Assembly (NCBI GenBank): GCA_951406725.2
Contig: OX597815.1
Span: forward strand, 43,896,001-43,960,000
Length of the DNA: 64,000 nt
Origin: Octopus vulgaris
Taxonomy: Eukaryota
Direction of reading: 5' to 3'
The notes below the pieces were generated by a model that had not been told where the DNA came from, ran no database searches, and saw nothing but the letters and a program-made list of their open reading frames with translations. The position numbers and the translations under genes were made by a program. Of the stretch, positions 1 to 14,309 are shown in pieces. Position 1 is the stretch's first letter; each line of letters begins with the position of its first letter.

Positions 1-259
1 GTACCTACCATTACATGTATATATACACGCATATATGGGTACAGGACACCAAAAAAATCGTCGAACACAATGAGAAACGAAAACATAAACACAAAACCAA
101 AGAACTGGACATTTTTCTTAAGCAACAAAAAAATAGAGTACAGGACAAATAACACAAGGAAAATTCCCCTTCTTCAGTCGCCATGGTTTCATCTACTCTG
201 CGTTTCGAAGGTGTCCTGTATCCATATATGCGTGTATATATACATGTAGAGGTAGGTAC
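1..259 (-). mobile_element. Short non-coding element with 50-bp terminal inverted repeat; probable Penelope-like pseudo-LTR fragment (same family as 39751-41250)
   Basis: 1-50 is the reverse complement of 210-259 (47/50 matches). Shares the TGGGTACAGGAC terminus and the minus-strand CGAAA...CTGANGAAGGG motif with the copies at 39.7-41.2 kb. Confidence 0.55.
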
Positions 260-300
260 GTACATATATGTATATATATATGCATATGTTTTATTTATTA

Positions 301-347
<47 letters not shown>

Positions 348-774
348 AGTGTGTGTGTGTAATCCTAATCGAGAAGGAATAAACTCATCTAGGTGGAATG
401 AATACATTTTTCTTATCTGTACTTTCAATCATATACATAAAAAAATATATATGCGTATATATGCTTATACATTCACACATAGATGCATACAGTCATAGAG
501 ACATGCATATATGCATACATGCATATATATATATATATATACATACATAACCTACATACATACACACACTCATACATACATCCATATATACAAATACACA
601 TACATGCATACATGTATGCATATACATATATTCATACATACAATCATATCCCTATCTTTTGGATGTATGTATATATATGCACATATAAGTGCAATATCTA
701 TGCATCTATGCATGCATACATAGAAATTCAAGAACTAGATAAAAGTGGATGCATACATACACACATACATACAG

Positions 775-855
775 TCCTTTATTGATTTCAGTCATTTTTG
801 CGGCCATGCTGGGGCACACACTTATTGTAATTGATCAATTCGACTTCAATACTTC
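775..855 (-). mobile_element. SINE family A, 3' fragment
   Basis: tttcagtcattt..gcggccatgctgggca is the reverse complement of the 3' end of the SINE at 10296-10716. Confidence 0.6.
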
Positions 856-857
856 AG

Positions 858-940
858 TATGGTACATATCTTCGGTATGGTACATATGGTACATAACTTC
901 CGTATGGTACATTTCGTGCAGTTTGGTACATATGGTACTG
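858..940. repeat. Degenerate minisatellite, core TATGGTACA
   Basis: About six tggtac(a) cores at 9-19 bp spacing. Confidence 0.7.
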
Positions 941-1062
941 TGTGGTATTGTACAGTATGCATGTATCCATGGAGCCGTTTTCAGGATATAAAAATATATA
1001 ACACAAACAAAAATTTTGGCTTTTAAACGAATGTTAACATAATACGGTCACAAACATACAAA

Positions 1063-1113
<51 letters not shown>

Positions 1114-1415
1114 ATAGACATACACGTATAGATACCGATACACAGAGACATACGTACTTTTACACACGTACACATATAGGTATCCCACCACACACAAATA
1201 CGCTCACATTCACACAGACATACATACACATACACACATGTGTGTATTGAGTGTAAACACACTCGCACACATAAATGAACATACACACATACACGTATCG
1301 ATAACGACACACACACTCGTACATCAACACACACACGTACACGTATAGACACCGACACGCACGCACACCTATACACACACACTCACTCACACACACACAC
1401 ACACACACACACACG
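1063..1415. repeat. (CA)n and degenerate CA-rich microsatellite
   Basis: Directly visible. Confidence 0.9.
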
Positions 1416-1994
1416 TATATCATTTTCCACATCTTAGAGTCAGATTTACTTTTTCATGACCAGTTCTAGCTAATACAGTTCTTGACCTAATTAAATATGA
1501 TAAAGTTCATTGAAAAGAACAATTGTTCTGCTATATATTTTGAAATATCATAAAAGAAAGTTGGCTGAGGATAAAAAGTTACGATAAACATGTTTCCACA
1601 AAAGCCAGAGAAGCACAACGATGCAATTGCTAAGCAGTTTAGTTTCCTTATTTCTTAATGAGTTTTGTCCTAAATATGAAATAAACATCAGAGCTTCCAT
1701 GCGGAATGTAGAGGATCTACTCAGAAGTAGTGTAAGCTCTACTTCTGAATCCATCGCAATATCGGAAACCCTTCCTGCATCATCAGCATCTATCTCAGAG
1801 TCATCAGTATTTCGCTACTTAGCCTGTACATATCGCTTAAGTAAGATAGAAAGCATTGATTAGTCTTCGGCAGCAGAAGGGCTCCATTTGTCGTCTCTTG
1901 TCAGTCACAGTCACATTGAGTTGATTTCAGCTGCCGTGCCCATCTCCATTGTGGATTTCATTTGTTTGTGTTCCAAACCAATCTTCAGTAGGAA

Positions 1995-2257
1995 ATAACG
2001 CATCGTCATATCTTTTTGGCGGCAACGAATCGGGCAGTTGACAACCTGGGATGATCAGTTGTACGGTCCGGATCTGGCGCCCTCCATTTTCCAGCTGTTC
2101 GGTCTAATGAAAGAAGGTCTTCGGGAACAATGATTTGATGACACAAACAAGGTGAAAGAAGTGGGTACAACAGTGCATCTATGAATTTTTATTAAAAGAG
2201 GATTGAAAGTTAGCCTCAGTGATGGCTCAAATGCATCGTTTGTGATGGAGATTACGT
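1995..2257 (+). pseudogene. Mariner transposase C-terminal remnant
   Basis: Translates YGPDLAPSIFQLFGLMKEGLREQ*FDD...*WLKCIVCDGDYV, matching the mariner YSPDLAPSDF motif and the W.KC...G.Y tail. Confidence 0.75.
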
Positions 2258-2677
2258 TACGTTGTATTGTTGTATTCCGGAAGGAGACCTACATCAGTCA
2301 TCAAAGTAAGTCATGCCCACCTCTGCATTGCAGTACAAGGCTCGCATACCTAAGATGTGTAGTGGATTTTATATTGATTTAAAAGGATTTTACATTTAAG
2401 ATGTGCAATTTGCTTTAGTAAATTTGTGATTGATTTGCCATCTTTTATCATTTATCTTCTAACTTATTTCAGTCATTAGACTGCGGCCATGCTGGGACAC
2501 TGCCTTGAAAGGTTTGGCTGAACAGATTGACTCCAGTACTTATTTATGTTTAAGCATGGCACTTATCCTATCGGTATCTTTTGCCGAACCCCTATCTTTT
2601 GTCGAACCACCGGTTGTCAAGCAGTATTGGAGGGTAAATACAAAGACGCAAGCACACGCACACACGCACACACACAT

Positions 2678-2723
<46 letters not shown>

Positions 2724-2734
2724 TTGTACATACA

Positions 2735-2788
<54 letters not shown>

Positions 2789-2792
<4 letters not shown>

Positions 2793-2995
2793 TAATCCAA
2801 ACAAGAAAGCACAAAAAGACACAACAGCGCGAGGATGTGGAAAAAATATAGTATTATTGGACGCTCAGGAAAGAAGGAAAGAAGGAGGGTTTAACGTTTC
2901 GAGCGGAGCTCTTCGTCGGAAACATAGGAGAAGGGAAGATCCAGAGAAGGGAAGACAGAGGAAAAAAAATCGCCAATGGTACACACGTGGTCACA
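2789..2995 (-). mobile_element. Penelope-like pseudo-LTR fragment inserted at (TA)n
   Basis: Non-simple ~200 bp segment between (TA)n and (CATA/CA)n that carries a hammerhead fold. The acgctcaggaa flank resembles 58739-58749. Confidence 0.6.
2889..2923 (-). ncRNA. Minimal type I hammerhead ribozyme motif (core CCGACGA)
   Basis: Minus strand reads GTTT-CCGACGA-A-GAGC-tcc-GCTC-GAAAC-GTT-AAAC: stem I GTTT/AAAC, stem II GAGC/GCTC, palindromic ACGT stem III. Confidence 0.7.
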
Positions 2996-3908
2996 TACAT
3001 GCATACATACATCATACACACACACACATACACATATATGTGTGAGTGGGTGTGTGTGTGTGTGTGCGCGCGTGTGATGTATGTATGTATGTATGTATGT
3101 ATGCGCAAGTTTCTTTCAGTTTCCATCTTCCAGGTTCACTCACAAGACTTTGGTTATGGACCCGGGGCTATAACAGAAGACACTTGCCCAACATTTGGAC
3201 CAAACCCGGAATTATCTGGTTAGGAAGCACATTTTTATTACCACTCAGTCACACCTAAAGGAAACCGGGCGCTTAGAGTCCATCGTCCAAAAGACAACTT
3301 CGTCGCTGCCATGTATTTAATAGCAGTAAACAAACAGGTTATCTATCCTGTTAGCTTTTAGTACTAGTTTCGTTTAAGTTATAATTGGAGTGGGTACGTT
3401 CAATTCTCTAGCCAAGGCGTTCAATATAGATATTATATGGAATTGGCTTTATGTGCATAAGACTTCTGCCTAGCATATGGAATATGAAAGTAAAAATGTT
3501 TCTATTTTTGTTTTTCAAAGGGTTATAGTTTAAGTAAGCCAGCTGGCAATTAGATATAGGCTCTAATTAGCTAATGTATATTTTTACATGTTTAAATTAA
3601 GCACATATAGCACTCGCTGCCTTGCCCTGTGTCATACAAATTTTAACTAATGAGTAAACATCTCCTGAAATATTCCCTGCTTGCACGAAAAACAAATTAT
3701 ATAACAGGATAAAACATATATACAAATGTAAATCTTAATCAAATAGATTAAACAAATTTTGTATGAAGCCTGCAGTAAGTTGTATTTTATAAATATTGAA
3801 GAAATATATAATCTTTTAATAGGAACAAGGTCAAATTTTACCAGAATAGGAGAGTTACTTGACTGGATTGACTTTAAAATGATAATTATTATTTCTTATT
3901 GATATTCC

Positions 3909-4520
3909 AGCGGAGAGCTGGCAAAATCGTTAACGCATCGGGTTTAGCGATATTTCGTCCGTCTTTACATTCTGAGTTTCAATTCCACCGAGGTCTAGAT
4001 TGCCTTTCATCCTTTCGAAGTACATGTAATAAGTACTAGTTAAGTCCTAGAGTTGATGTAACCAACTATACCCCTCCACTAAAATTTCAGGCCTTGTGCC
4101 GGAAAATATATTAAGGCGGAGAGCAAGCGAAATCGTTAGCGCTTCCGGTAAAATGCTTAGCGATATTTCATCCGCTTTTACGTTATGAGTTCAAATTCCA
4201 CCGAAGTCAACTTTGCCTTTATCTCTTCGGATTGGTACCAGTCAAGCACTGGAGTCGATGTCATCGATTAGCCTGTCCCAAAATTCCAAGCCTTGTGGAC
4301 ATAGCAGAAAGGAATATTTCTTATCAACATTAAGGCAGTAAGCTGGCAAAATCGTTATCATGCCGGACAAAATGCGCTTTGAGTTCAAATGCCGCCAAGG
4401 TTGACTTTGCCTTTCATCCTTTCAGGGTCGATGAAACAAATATCTGTCGAGTATTGAGGTCAATGTAATCGACTAGCACCTTCCCAATAAATTTCAGGCC
4501 TTGCGCCTATAGTAGGAAAA
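3909..4520 (+). mobile_element. Three head-to-tail copies of SINE family B (tRNA-like head, Meta/MESC-like core)
   Basis: Units start at about 3909, 4113 and 4332, each with ggcggagagctggca...gagttcaaattcc.ccgaggtcgactttgcctttcatcctttc...gtaccag. Confidence 0.85.
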
Positions 4521-4591
4521 TGTTTTTTTTTTATCGACATCAATGTAAAGGATCTGATTGACAAACAAGAACCAGACAGCATTTGAACATA

Positions 4592-4713
4592 CGAGGGACT
4601 GCTGAAAGGTTCCTGACTTTTTTCTAAAACCTGTGAAAGAACTCGGAAGGTTGGGCTTCCAGCCTGGCCTTTCGCGACGCTCTTAAACCCAGAAGATTTT
4701 CAGCAACGCTTCG
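4592..4713. mobile_element. Mariner-type MITE
   Basis: TA-flanked imperfect TIRs cgagggactgctgaaaggttcctg / ccagaagattttcagcaacgcttcg. Confidence 0.7.
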
Positions 4714-6231
4714 TACATACATACATACATACATACATACATACATACATACATACATACATACATACATACATACATACATACATACATACATACATAC
4801 ATACATACATACATACATACATACATACATACATACATACCTACATACATGCATACACACATACATACATACATGCATACATACATACATACATACATAC
4901 ATACTTACATACATAGAGGCATACATACATACATACATACATACATACCTACATACATACATACATACATACATACATACATGCATACATACATACATAC
5001 ATACATACATGCATGCATACATACATTCATACATACATGCATACATACATACATACATACATACATGCATACATACATACATACATGCATACATACATAC
5101 ATACATACATGCATACACACATACATACATACATACATGCGTACATACATACATACATACATGCATGCATACATACATACATACATACATACATACATAC
5201 ATACATACATGCATGCATGCATGCATGCATGCATACATACATACATACATACATACATACATACATACATACATACATACATACATACATACATACATAC
5301 ATACATACATACATACATACATACATACATACATACATGCATACATGCATGCATACATACATACATACATACATACATACATACATACATACATACATAC
5401 ATACATACATACATACATACATACATACATACATACATACATACATACATACATACATACATACATACATACATACATACATACATACATACATACATAC
5501 ATACATACATACATACATACATACATACATACATACATACATACATACATACATACATACATACATACATACATACATACATACATACATACATACGTAC
5601 ATACATACATACATACATACATACATACATACATACATACATACATACATACATACATGCATACATACATACGTACGTATACATACATACATACATACAT
5701 GCATACATACATACATACATACATACATACATACATACATGCATACATACATACATACATACATACATACATACATGCATGCATGCATACATACATACAT
5801 GCATACATACATACATACATGCATACATACATACATACATACATACATACATACATACATGCATACATACATACATACATACATACATACATACATACAT
5901 ACATACATACATACATACATACATACATACATACATACATACATACATACATACATACATACATACATACATACATACATACATACATACATACATACAT
6001 GCATGCATACATACATACATACATACATACATACATACATACATGCATGCATGCATACATACATACATACATACATACATACATACATACATACATACAT
6101 ACATACATGCATACATACATACATACATACATACATACATACATACATACATACATGCATACATACATACACACAAACATACATACATACACACATACAT
6201 ACATACATGCATACATGCATACATGCATACG
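4714..6231. repeat. ~1.5 kb (CATA)n tetranucleotide array with CATG variants
   Basis: Directly visible; source of the 400-530 aa spurious ORFs. Confidence 0.98.
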
Positions 6232-6233
6232 TA

Positions 6234-6410
6234 CGAGGGAGTGCTGAAAAGTTCCTGGCTTGAGGTAAAAGAAAATACAGAAAGATCAGTTAATTATGAT
6301 TTTGTTCGACATATTTCCCTCTCAGATTCACACGCTTACAGCAGTGGTCCTTCAGTTTTTGTAAGCCCTGTAAAACAACTGGGAATGTTGGGCTTCCAGC
6401 CAGGCCTTAA
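6234..6410. mobile_element. Partial mariner-type MITE, same family as 4592-4713
   Basis: TA+cgagggagtgctgaaaagttcctggct TIR and shared internal gttgggcttccagcc.ggcctt. Confidence 0.7.
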
Positions 6411-6567
6411 AGCACATAACTCGTAGATTACGTTCTTCATTTGGCTATTCATCCTAGGGTTTGTATTATACACAGTACAATTCATATACCTGCGATTCCT
6501 TATTGAAAACAAAGCACATGTACCGTATATGTGTATCTTTCATTAGTGAGGATTTGAGATCGCGTTG

Positions 6568-6603
<36 letters not shown>

Positions 6604-6843
6604 AGAGGGAATTTAACCATACATACATACATACATACATACATACATACATACATACATACATACATACATACATACATACATACATACATACATACAT
6701 AGGTACGTACATACATACGAGGGAGTGCTCTTATATTTATGTATGAAATATTATTTACTGAATCTCAGTTTTCTTATATGCTAGACCACTGTTGTTAAAA
6801 TTGATGTTATCAAATTAATAACCAAATTTTCACCCTCATTTTG

Positions 6844-6948
<105 letters not shown>

Positions 6949-7277
6949 TTATAAGAGGTAATGGTGTCAGTGAGACCCAAAGGTGTCAGGTAGTGCTGAA
7001 TAAGTGCTAATAGATGGACCGTAGTTAAGTTCTAGGTTTGGTTATTATGCGAATAAGGGGTTCAATGTTGGTCATATGTCAGCGCTTGTATGTAAGAATT
7101 TTTTTTATCTCTTTACGCAATACACGCACACACACACACACACACAATATATATATATATATACATACATACATATATATACATATATACATACATACAT
7201 ACATACATGCATATATATATTCATATATATATGCATGTATGCAAGTGTATAATAGGTATATATATATATATATATAT

Positions 7278-7327
<50 letters not shown>

Positions 7328-7532
7328 CATACACATGTACATATACATATATATACATATATATATATATACATATACATATATATATACGTATATATAT
7401 TTATGTATGTATGTATGTATGCATGTATGTATATGTGTATGTATGTATGTATGTATGTATGTATGTATGTATGTATGTATGTATGTATGTATGTATGTAT
7501 GTATGTATGTATGTATGTATGCATGTGTATAC

Positions 7533-7563
<31 letters not shown>

Positions 7564-8093
7564 TGTATGTATGTATGTATGTATGTATGTATGTTTGTAT
7601 GTATATATATGACTGTACTTCTCCGCAATATCACAGAAAACAAAAAAGAAGAAAAGCCGAAAAATGAATATGTAAATAAGTCATGACAGAGGAAGTTAGG
7701 CACAGCTAAAACCTGAGAGCGAACATGGCATTTTATTTAGCATGTGAGTTTTCTGTCATTTTCGCAACATTCTATTCAAAAATATGTTGAAACAGCAATT
7801 TTTAAAAAAATTTGTTTTAATTTAAAATAATGCTGACACCGTATTTAGTGCGATTACGTCATTGTGTTTTCTCTCCACATACGATGCAGCCCGCCCTTAA
7901 CACGTTTGCCTCCCACCGTTCCTCGCTACCTTACTTACCCTTCCCCGCTGGTTCAATAAGTGTAATTAGTCACTCGTGTTCTGTATCCATATTAACAGCA
8001 TGTATCGTGCACCTGCAGATGTTATTTAGCTGTAAAGTCAACACTTGCAACGACAACTTGTGCATGCAGTATATATATATATGTATGTATATG

Positions 8094-8128
<35 letters not shown>

Positions 8129-8133
8129 GTATA

Positions 8134-8165
<32 letters not shown>

Positions 8166-8168
8166 CAC

Positions 8169-8199
<31 letters not shown>

Positions 8200-8324
8200 C
8201 ATATATATACATATATATACATGCGTATGCATGTATATATATATATATATATACACATATACATATACATATATACATACATATATATACATATATATAT
8301 ATATGTGTATGCATGTGTATAGCT

Positions 8325-8361
<37 letters not shown>

Positions 8362-9581
8362 ACCATATACATATATACACACATATATGTATACACACAC
8401 GCACACACACATACACACACACACACACACACATAAACTACAATTGTACAATGTCGCAAACAATAGAAGCAGTAAAGCATTTAGCGCGTACTGCTACATG
8501 TAGACTCATTTGCATACACGCGCGTATATGCATACATACATATATATACAGGCGTACTTGTACATATGCGAGGCAGTACCCAAAAGTAACCGGAAACGTT
8601 CTCTGTGAGACAAGCCCGTTGTAATTCAGGCTTCTGCCGCGAGAAGTCATTTGATGCGATCCTTAGGCATCAGTGTGCCGCCCGGTGTCACCCTCTAAAG
8701 TAGTACTGCTACGTGATGCATCTTTGTTTTGCAGTGCTTCTCTCCTATTCGTCGAGTTTTGCAATGGCTGAAACGAAGAAACAGCGTGCTTCCGTAAAAT
8801 GTTGTTTTCTGCTAGGGAAAACAGCGGCCGAAACAGTTGGCATACTTCAAACAGCTTACAAGGATGCTGCCATGAGCAATACACAAGTTTACGAGTGGTT
8901 TTTCACGCTTTAGGGATGATCATTTGTCACTTGAAGACCAGCCTCATTCAGGGCGACCGTCGACCTCCCGAACGAATGAAAAACATCACGAAAATTCATG
9001 AAATGATCTTTGAGGACCATCGCCGAACTATTGACGAACTTGTTGGTATGACTGGTGTGTCCTGGAGCTCCTCCCAACGAATTTTGAGCGGAGAATTGTG
9101 AATGAAAATAGTTGCAGAAAAATTTGTGCCTCGCTTGCTCACGGAAGATCAAAAGCAGTCACAACTGAATGCGTGTAATGAACTGAAAGAACAGTTGGAT
9201 GTTGATCTGGACCTATTTTCTAAGGTTATCACTGGTGACGAAAGTTGATGCTACCGCTACGACCCGAAACGAAGCTGCAATGAAGTCAATGGAAGTATTC
9301 GAAACATTCAATGTCACCACGCCCCCGAAATCTACGTCAAGTGAAGTACAATGACAAGCAGAGCATCAAAATTATGCAAGATTTTTTAAAGTTCATTATA
9401 ACGGCCGGACTTTTTCCTGTGTTGATGTACGCGTATACATTTCTGTCAAAAGAAAACCCTTGTTTCTGGTTTGGAGATCGGGCTTTTTATTCTCTAATGA
9501 AGAGAAACTTGAAAAAAGAAAATGGGTAAGACGTCCTTTAAGCCATATGCCCTTCCACACGTACATACATGCATACGCAGT

Positions 9582-9907
9582 GAAGGCGCATGGCTTAGTG
9601 GTTAGGGCATTCGGCTGACGATTGTAAGGTCGTGAGTTCGATTCCCGGCGATGCGTTGTGTCCTTGAGCAAGACACTTTATTTCACGTTGCTCCAGTCCA
9701 CTCAGCTGGCAAAAATGAGTCGTACCTGTATTTCAAGGGGCCGGCCTTGTCACACTCTGTGTCACGCTGAATCTCCCTGAGAACTACGTTAAGGGTACAC
9801 GTGTCTGTGGAGTGCTCAGCCACTTGCACGTTAATTCTACGAGCAAGCTGTTCCGTTGATCGGATCAACCGGAACCCTCATCGTCGTAACCGACGGAGTG
9901 CTTCCAC
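9582..9907 (+). mobile_element. SINE family C (tRNA-derived head, CORE-like gtgtccttgagcaagacact)
   Basis: A box tggcttagtgg and B box gttcgattcc. Homologous to 55658-56012 (+) and 58820-59140 (-). Confidence 0.85.
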
Positions 9908-10295
9908 GTGCATACATAGATGAATATATACATTACATACAAACTTACATACATGCATGCTTATGGACTGATTTGTTTCATCGATGCGAAAGGAATTGTC
10001 TACGCAGTATTTTTTCCTCCAGGCCAAACTGTTAACCAGGCATTTTACTTGGCAGTTCTGAAGCGTTTGTGAGAGACGGTGAGACGAAAGTGTCCCCACC
10101 TATTGCAAAATGGAGAGTAGTGGTTTCATCACGACAATGCACCAGCGTGCACTGCCTTGAGTATGAGACAATTTTTGACCAAACATGGCATGACTTCGCT
10201 TGCCCACCTGTCACCTATTCATCCGATCTTGCTTCCTGCAACTTTTTTCTGCTCCCCGAAATGAAAAGAGTCCCTAAAGGAAAACATTTTATAGA

Positions 10296-10454
10296 TAGGA
10301 GTGTCTGTGTGGTAAGTAGCTTGCTAACCAACCACATGGTTCCGGGTTCAGTCCCACTGCCTGGCATCTTGGGCAAGTGTCTTCTGCTATAGCCCCGGGC
10401 CGACCAATGCCTTGTGAGTGGATTTGGTAGACGGAAACTGAAAGAAGCCTGTCG

Positions 10455-10503
<49 letters not shown>

Positions 10504-10716
10504 TGTATGTGTGTGTGTTTGTGTGTCCCCCTAGCATTGCTTGACAACCGATGCTGGTGTGTTTACGTCCCCGTCACTTAGCGGTTCGGCAAAAGAGACC
10601 AATAGAAGTACTGGGCTTACAAAGAATAAGTCCCGGGGTCGATTTGCTCGACTAAAGGCGGTGCTCCAGCATGGCCGCAGTCAAATGACTGAAACAAGTA
10701 AAAGAGTAAAAGAGTA
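10296..10716 (+). mobile_element. SINE family A, near full-length reference copy with internal (TA)n/(TG)n
   Basis: tRNA-like head (tgtgtggtaag..gggttcagtccc), cttgggcaagtgtctt core and (gtaaaaga)n tail; inserted in the mariner. Confidence 0.85.
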
Positions 10717-10942
10717 TATGAAATAGGTGAAAAAAAAAACAAAAAAAAAACATGGAGGCGTTAAAAGGCATCACTTCGCAAGAGTTCCGGGACTGCTTTG
10801 AACAGTGGAAAACGCGTCTGGACTGATGCATTGCTTCAAATGGAAAATACTCTGAAGGCGGTAAAAGTATAAACATGTAAAACTAAGTAAATAAAATAAT
10901 ATTGCAAAATTCCGGTTTCTTTTGGGTACCTTCTCGTAAATG

Positions 10943-11104
<162 letters not shown>

Positions 11105-11301
11105 ATGCATATATATGTGTGTGTGTGTGTGTGTGATGCATGTACGTATGTGTAAGATGATTAAATGTACATTCACATAATCATATAAACACGCACATTC
11201 ACTCACATATTTTACATTAAACAATTAATAAGTACACACATTATATATCTGTATACATATGTGTATACATATATGTATACATACACGTATGTATTTGTAT
11301 A

Positions 11302-11362
<61 letters not shown>

Positions 11363-12245
11363 GTATATAAATATATATATACTCACATAAACATATATAT
11401 GCAGATACATAAGCGTGTACCACCACAACATATCAATTAGTATTCCAACACGCGTACGTGAAAAAGCAACAAAATGAAGCAACCATAACTGTCTTTCTGA
11501 AAAGATATAACACAATGTAATAAAGTTGGGTTTAAGGCACCCTAGGCCTCACGAATCTATTTCAACTTAGAAATAGTTATCAGTGGCGGCGAAGTATATA
11601 TATGTATATATTATTTTGGCTAATGATGAATTTTTGTCGTTGCTTTTAACCCTAAAATCGGCTAATGGAGTGAGCAGATGTATGACCAAGATCATAACCT
11701 GTATTTAAGTCTATACAATAGCTATATTATCGAACGAGTTTTTTGTTTGTTTTTTCAAGATGGAAGTATGTGATTTGAGGGATATTCAACCGATATTTGT
11801 CCCAGGTTGTGCAGCATTTTACAATTTCGTTGACTCGATAGTCGTGACAATTTAATGAATCTGCAGTTGACATTTGTGAAACAAACTCCGCACAGCTGTA
11901 CCAACCACAGTGAAACACGTGACGCCAGACCAGACTCAGTTAAACAGTTCTCTCTTGAAGCACATAAATCAATTGATCCTATTGATATTGAAGCTCGGCA
12001 CAGTGCTGGTAGCCTTTATTTAAAGTACTTTCGCTATAAAGTCGATGAGAGATGATATATCACTAATTTTTGTAAAATGAACATTTATGAGATGTGTGCC
12101 ACCCATACTGGATTCTTGCTAAGTTTTACTTTCCTTGTTGTTACATTTTGAGAGTCAGTAAATAAAAATTACGATGGATTAACATCCTAATCGGTTTGCT
12201 TCTTTTATTTCACGAGTGTTGCTTAAGATAGAGATTATTTATTTA

Positions 12246-12644
12246 TCTATATATATATAAAGCTGAAGTTGTCTGTGTATGGCAGGTTTGGTAGCCTTCA
12301 ACTAACACTATCTCCTCCGAGACCCTGCGGCGCAAGTTGACCAAAATTGACAGTATGATAGAAGAAGGCTTGCTCTTCATTTCGTAGAAGAAAAATTTCA
12401 AATCGGACCATGTTAACACCAAAAATTATTTACATCAAAACGGTGCTTTTTTTCTATGAAAATCCCTATTTTTTTGCAATTTTTGGACTGCTGTGTCGCC
12501 ATTTTTCCGTGTATTTCAACCAGAAAAATGTTCACTTGAAGAGAATAACAAGCTACATAATGCAAAAATTTTACTTTTCGAAAATTCCAATTGTAAAGGG
12601 TCGAAAAGAAAACAAGCCCCAGCAACGCTGGGCTATACTGCTAG
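12246..12644 (+). mobile_element. Non-autonomous Helitron
   Basis: A|TC 5' end, subterminal hairpin CCCAGC-aac-GCTGGG (12618-12632), CTAG|T 3' end and no TSD. Confidence 0.85.
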
Positions 12645-12955
12645 TTTATTTATAATCTGTTGTCTACTTTATGGAGATGTGGTACTTTGAAAGTAAACAA
12701 TACTTAGATTATAAAATAGCAGTGAAAATCTAAAGAACGATATTGTATTTAACTGACACAAATCAAAAATAAAAAAATAAATAAAAAATAACTAAATAAA
12801 AAAATAAAAAAGTCTTCTAGAGTGTGACTTCATAAGCCCAATGGAAAATGTTTAAAGATCTCTGCTTTACTACTATCATCCGGTAGGGATAGGAGGGAAT
12901 CGCCAGAAAATAGTGGATGCAGCGACGACGCACTGTAACGACGCATGGTCTCATA

Positions 12956-12956
12956 T

Positions 12957-13013
<57 letters not shown>

Positions 13014-13032
13014 CACTACTACTGCTGCTGCC
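12956..13032. repeat. (ACT)n grading to (GCT)n
   Basis: Directly visible. Confidence 0.95.
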
Positions 13033-13087
13033 GCTTTATTGAAAGCAAAAAGTTTCTTTGGTTTTTCACTAGCAAGTTGTCTTTCCA

Positions 13088-14081
<994 letters not shown>

Positions 14082-14083
14082 TA

Positions 14084-14250
14084 AGTCGATTACATTGAAC
14101 CCAATGTTCAATTGGTACTTATTTTATCGACCTCCAAAGGATGAAAGGCAAAGTCGATCCCGGCAGCTTGTGAACTTAGAATGTGAAAACGGACAAAATG
14201 CCGCTAAGCATTTTTCCTGGCGTGCTAACAATTCTGCCAGTTCGCCGCCT
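14084..14250 (-). mobile_element. SINE family B
   Basis: Reverse complement of the family B consensus (aaggatgaaaggcaaagtcga...ctgccagttcgccgcc). Confidence 0.8.
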
Positions 14251-14309
14251 TGTTGCTTTACAAATATTGGTTTCAAATTTTGGCACAAGGCTAACAAGGA
14301 GGTCACAGA

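Larger units (their letters stand above)
2455..3255 (-). mobile_element. SINE family A, split by an expanded internal microsatellite that holds a nested hammerhead element
   Basis: 3' half at about 2455-2660 and 5' half at about 3105-3255 match the reverse complement of 10296-10716. Confidence 0.75.
8569..10936 (+). mobile_element. Full-span degenerate mariner DNA transposon interrupted by two SINEs and a foreign segment
   Basis: TIRs cgaggcagtacccaaaagtaaccggaa / ttccggtttcttttgggtaccttctcg+TA. ORF remnant from ATG 8764 (MAETKKQRASVK..YEWF), FVPRLL, ITGDES, HHDNAPAH, YSSDLASCNF, ending at about 10880 with stops and frameshifts. Confidence 0.9.

Noticed and set aside
858-940. Spaced short repeats resembling a CRISPR array (also 13962-14081)
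   Set aside because: Units are too short, there are no unique 25-45 bp spacers or cas genes, and the context is eukaryotic.
1548-1863. Overlapping short ORFs with acidic/Ser-rich composition
   Set aside because: No identifiable motif; adjacent to a mariner remnant; cannot be assigned.
4624-6426. Six ORFs of 397-534 aa
   Set aside because: Stop-free read-through of (CATA)n/(TATG)n giving HTYI/MYVC repeats in all frames; not genes.
9582-9660. tRNA-like sequences here and at 53645 and 55460-55535
   Set aside because: A/B boxes are present but there is no closing acceptor stem, and they continue into repeated SINE bodies; these are SINE heads, not tRNA genes.
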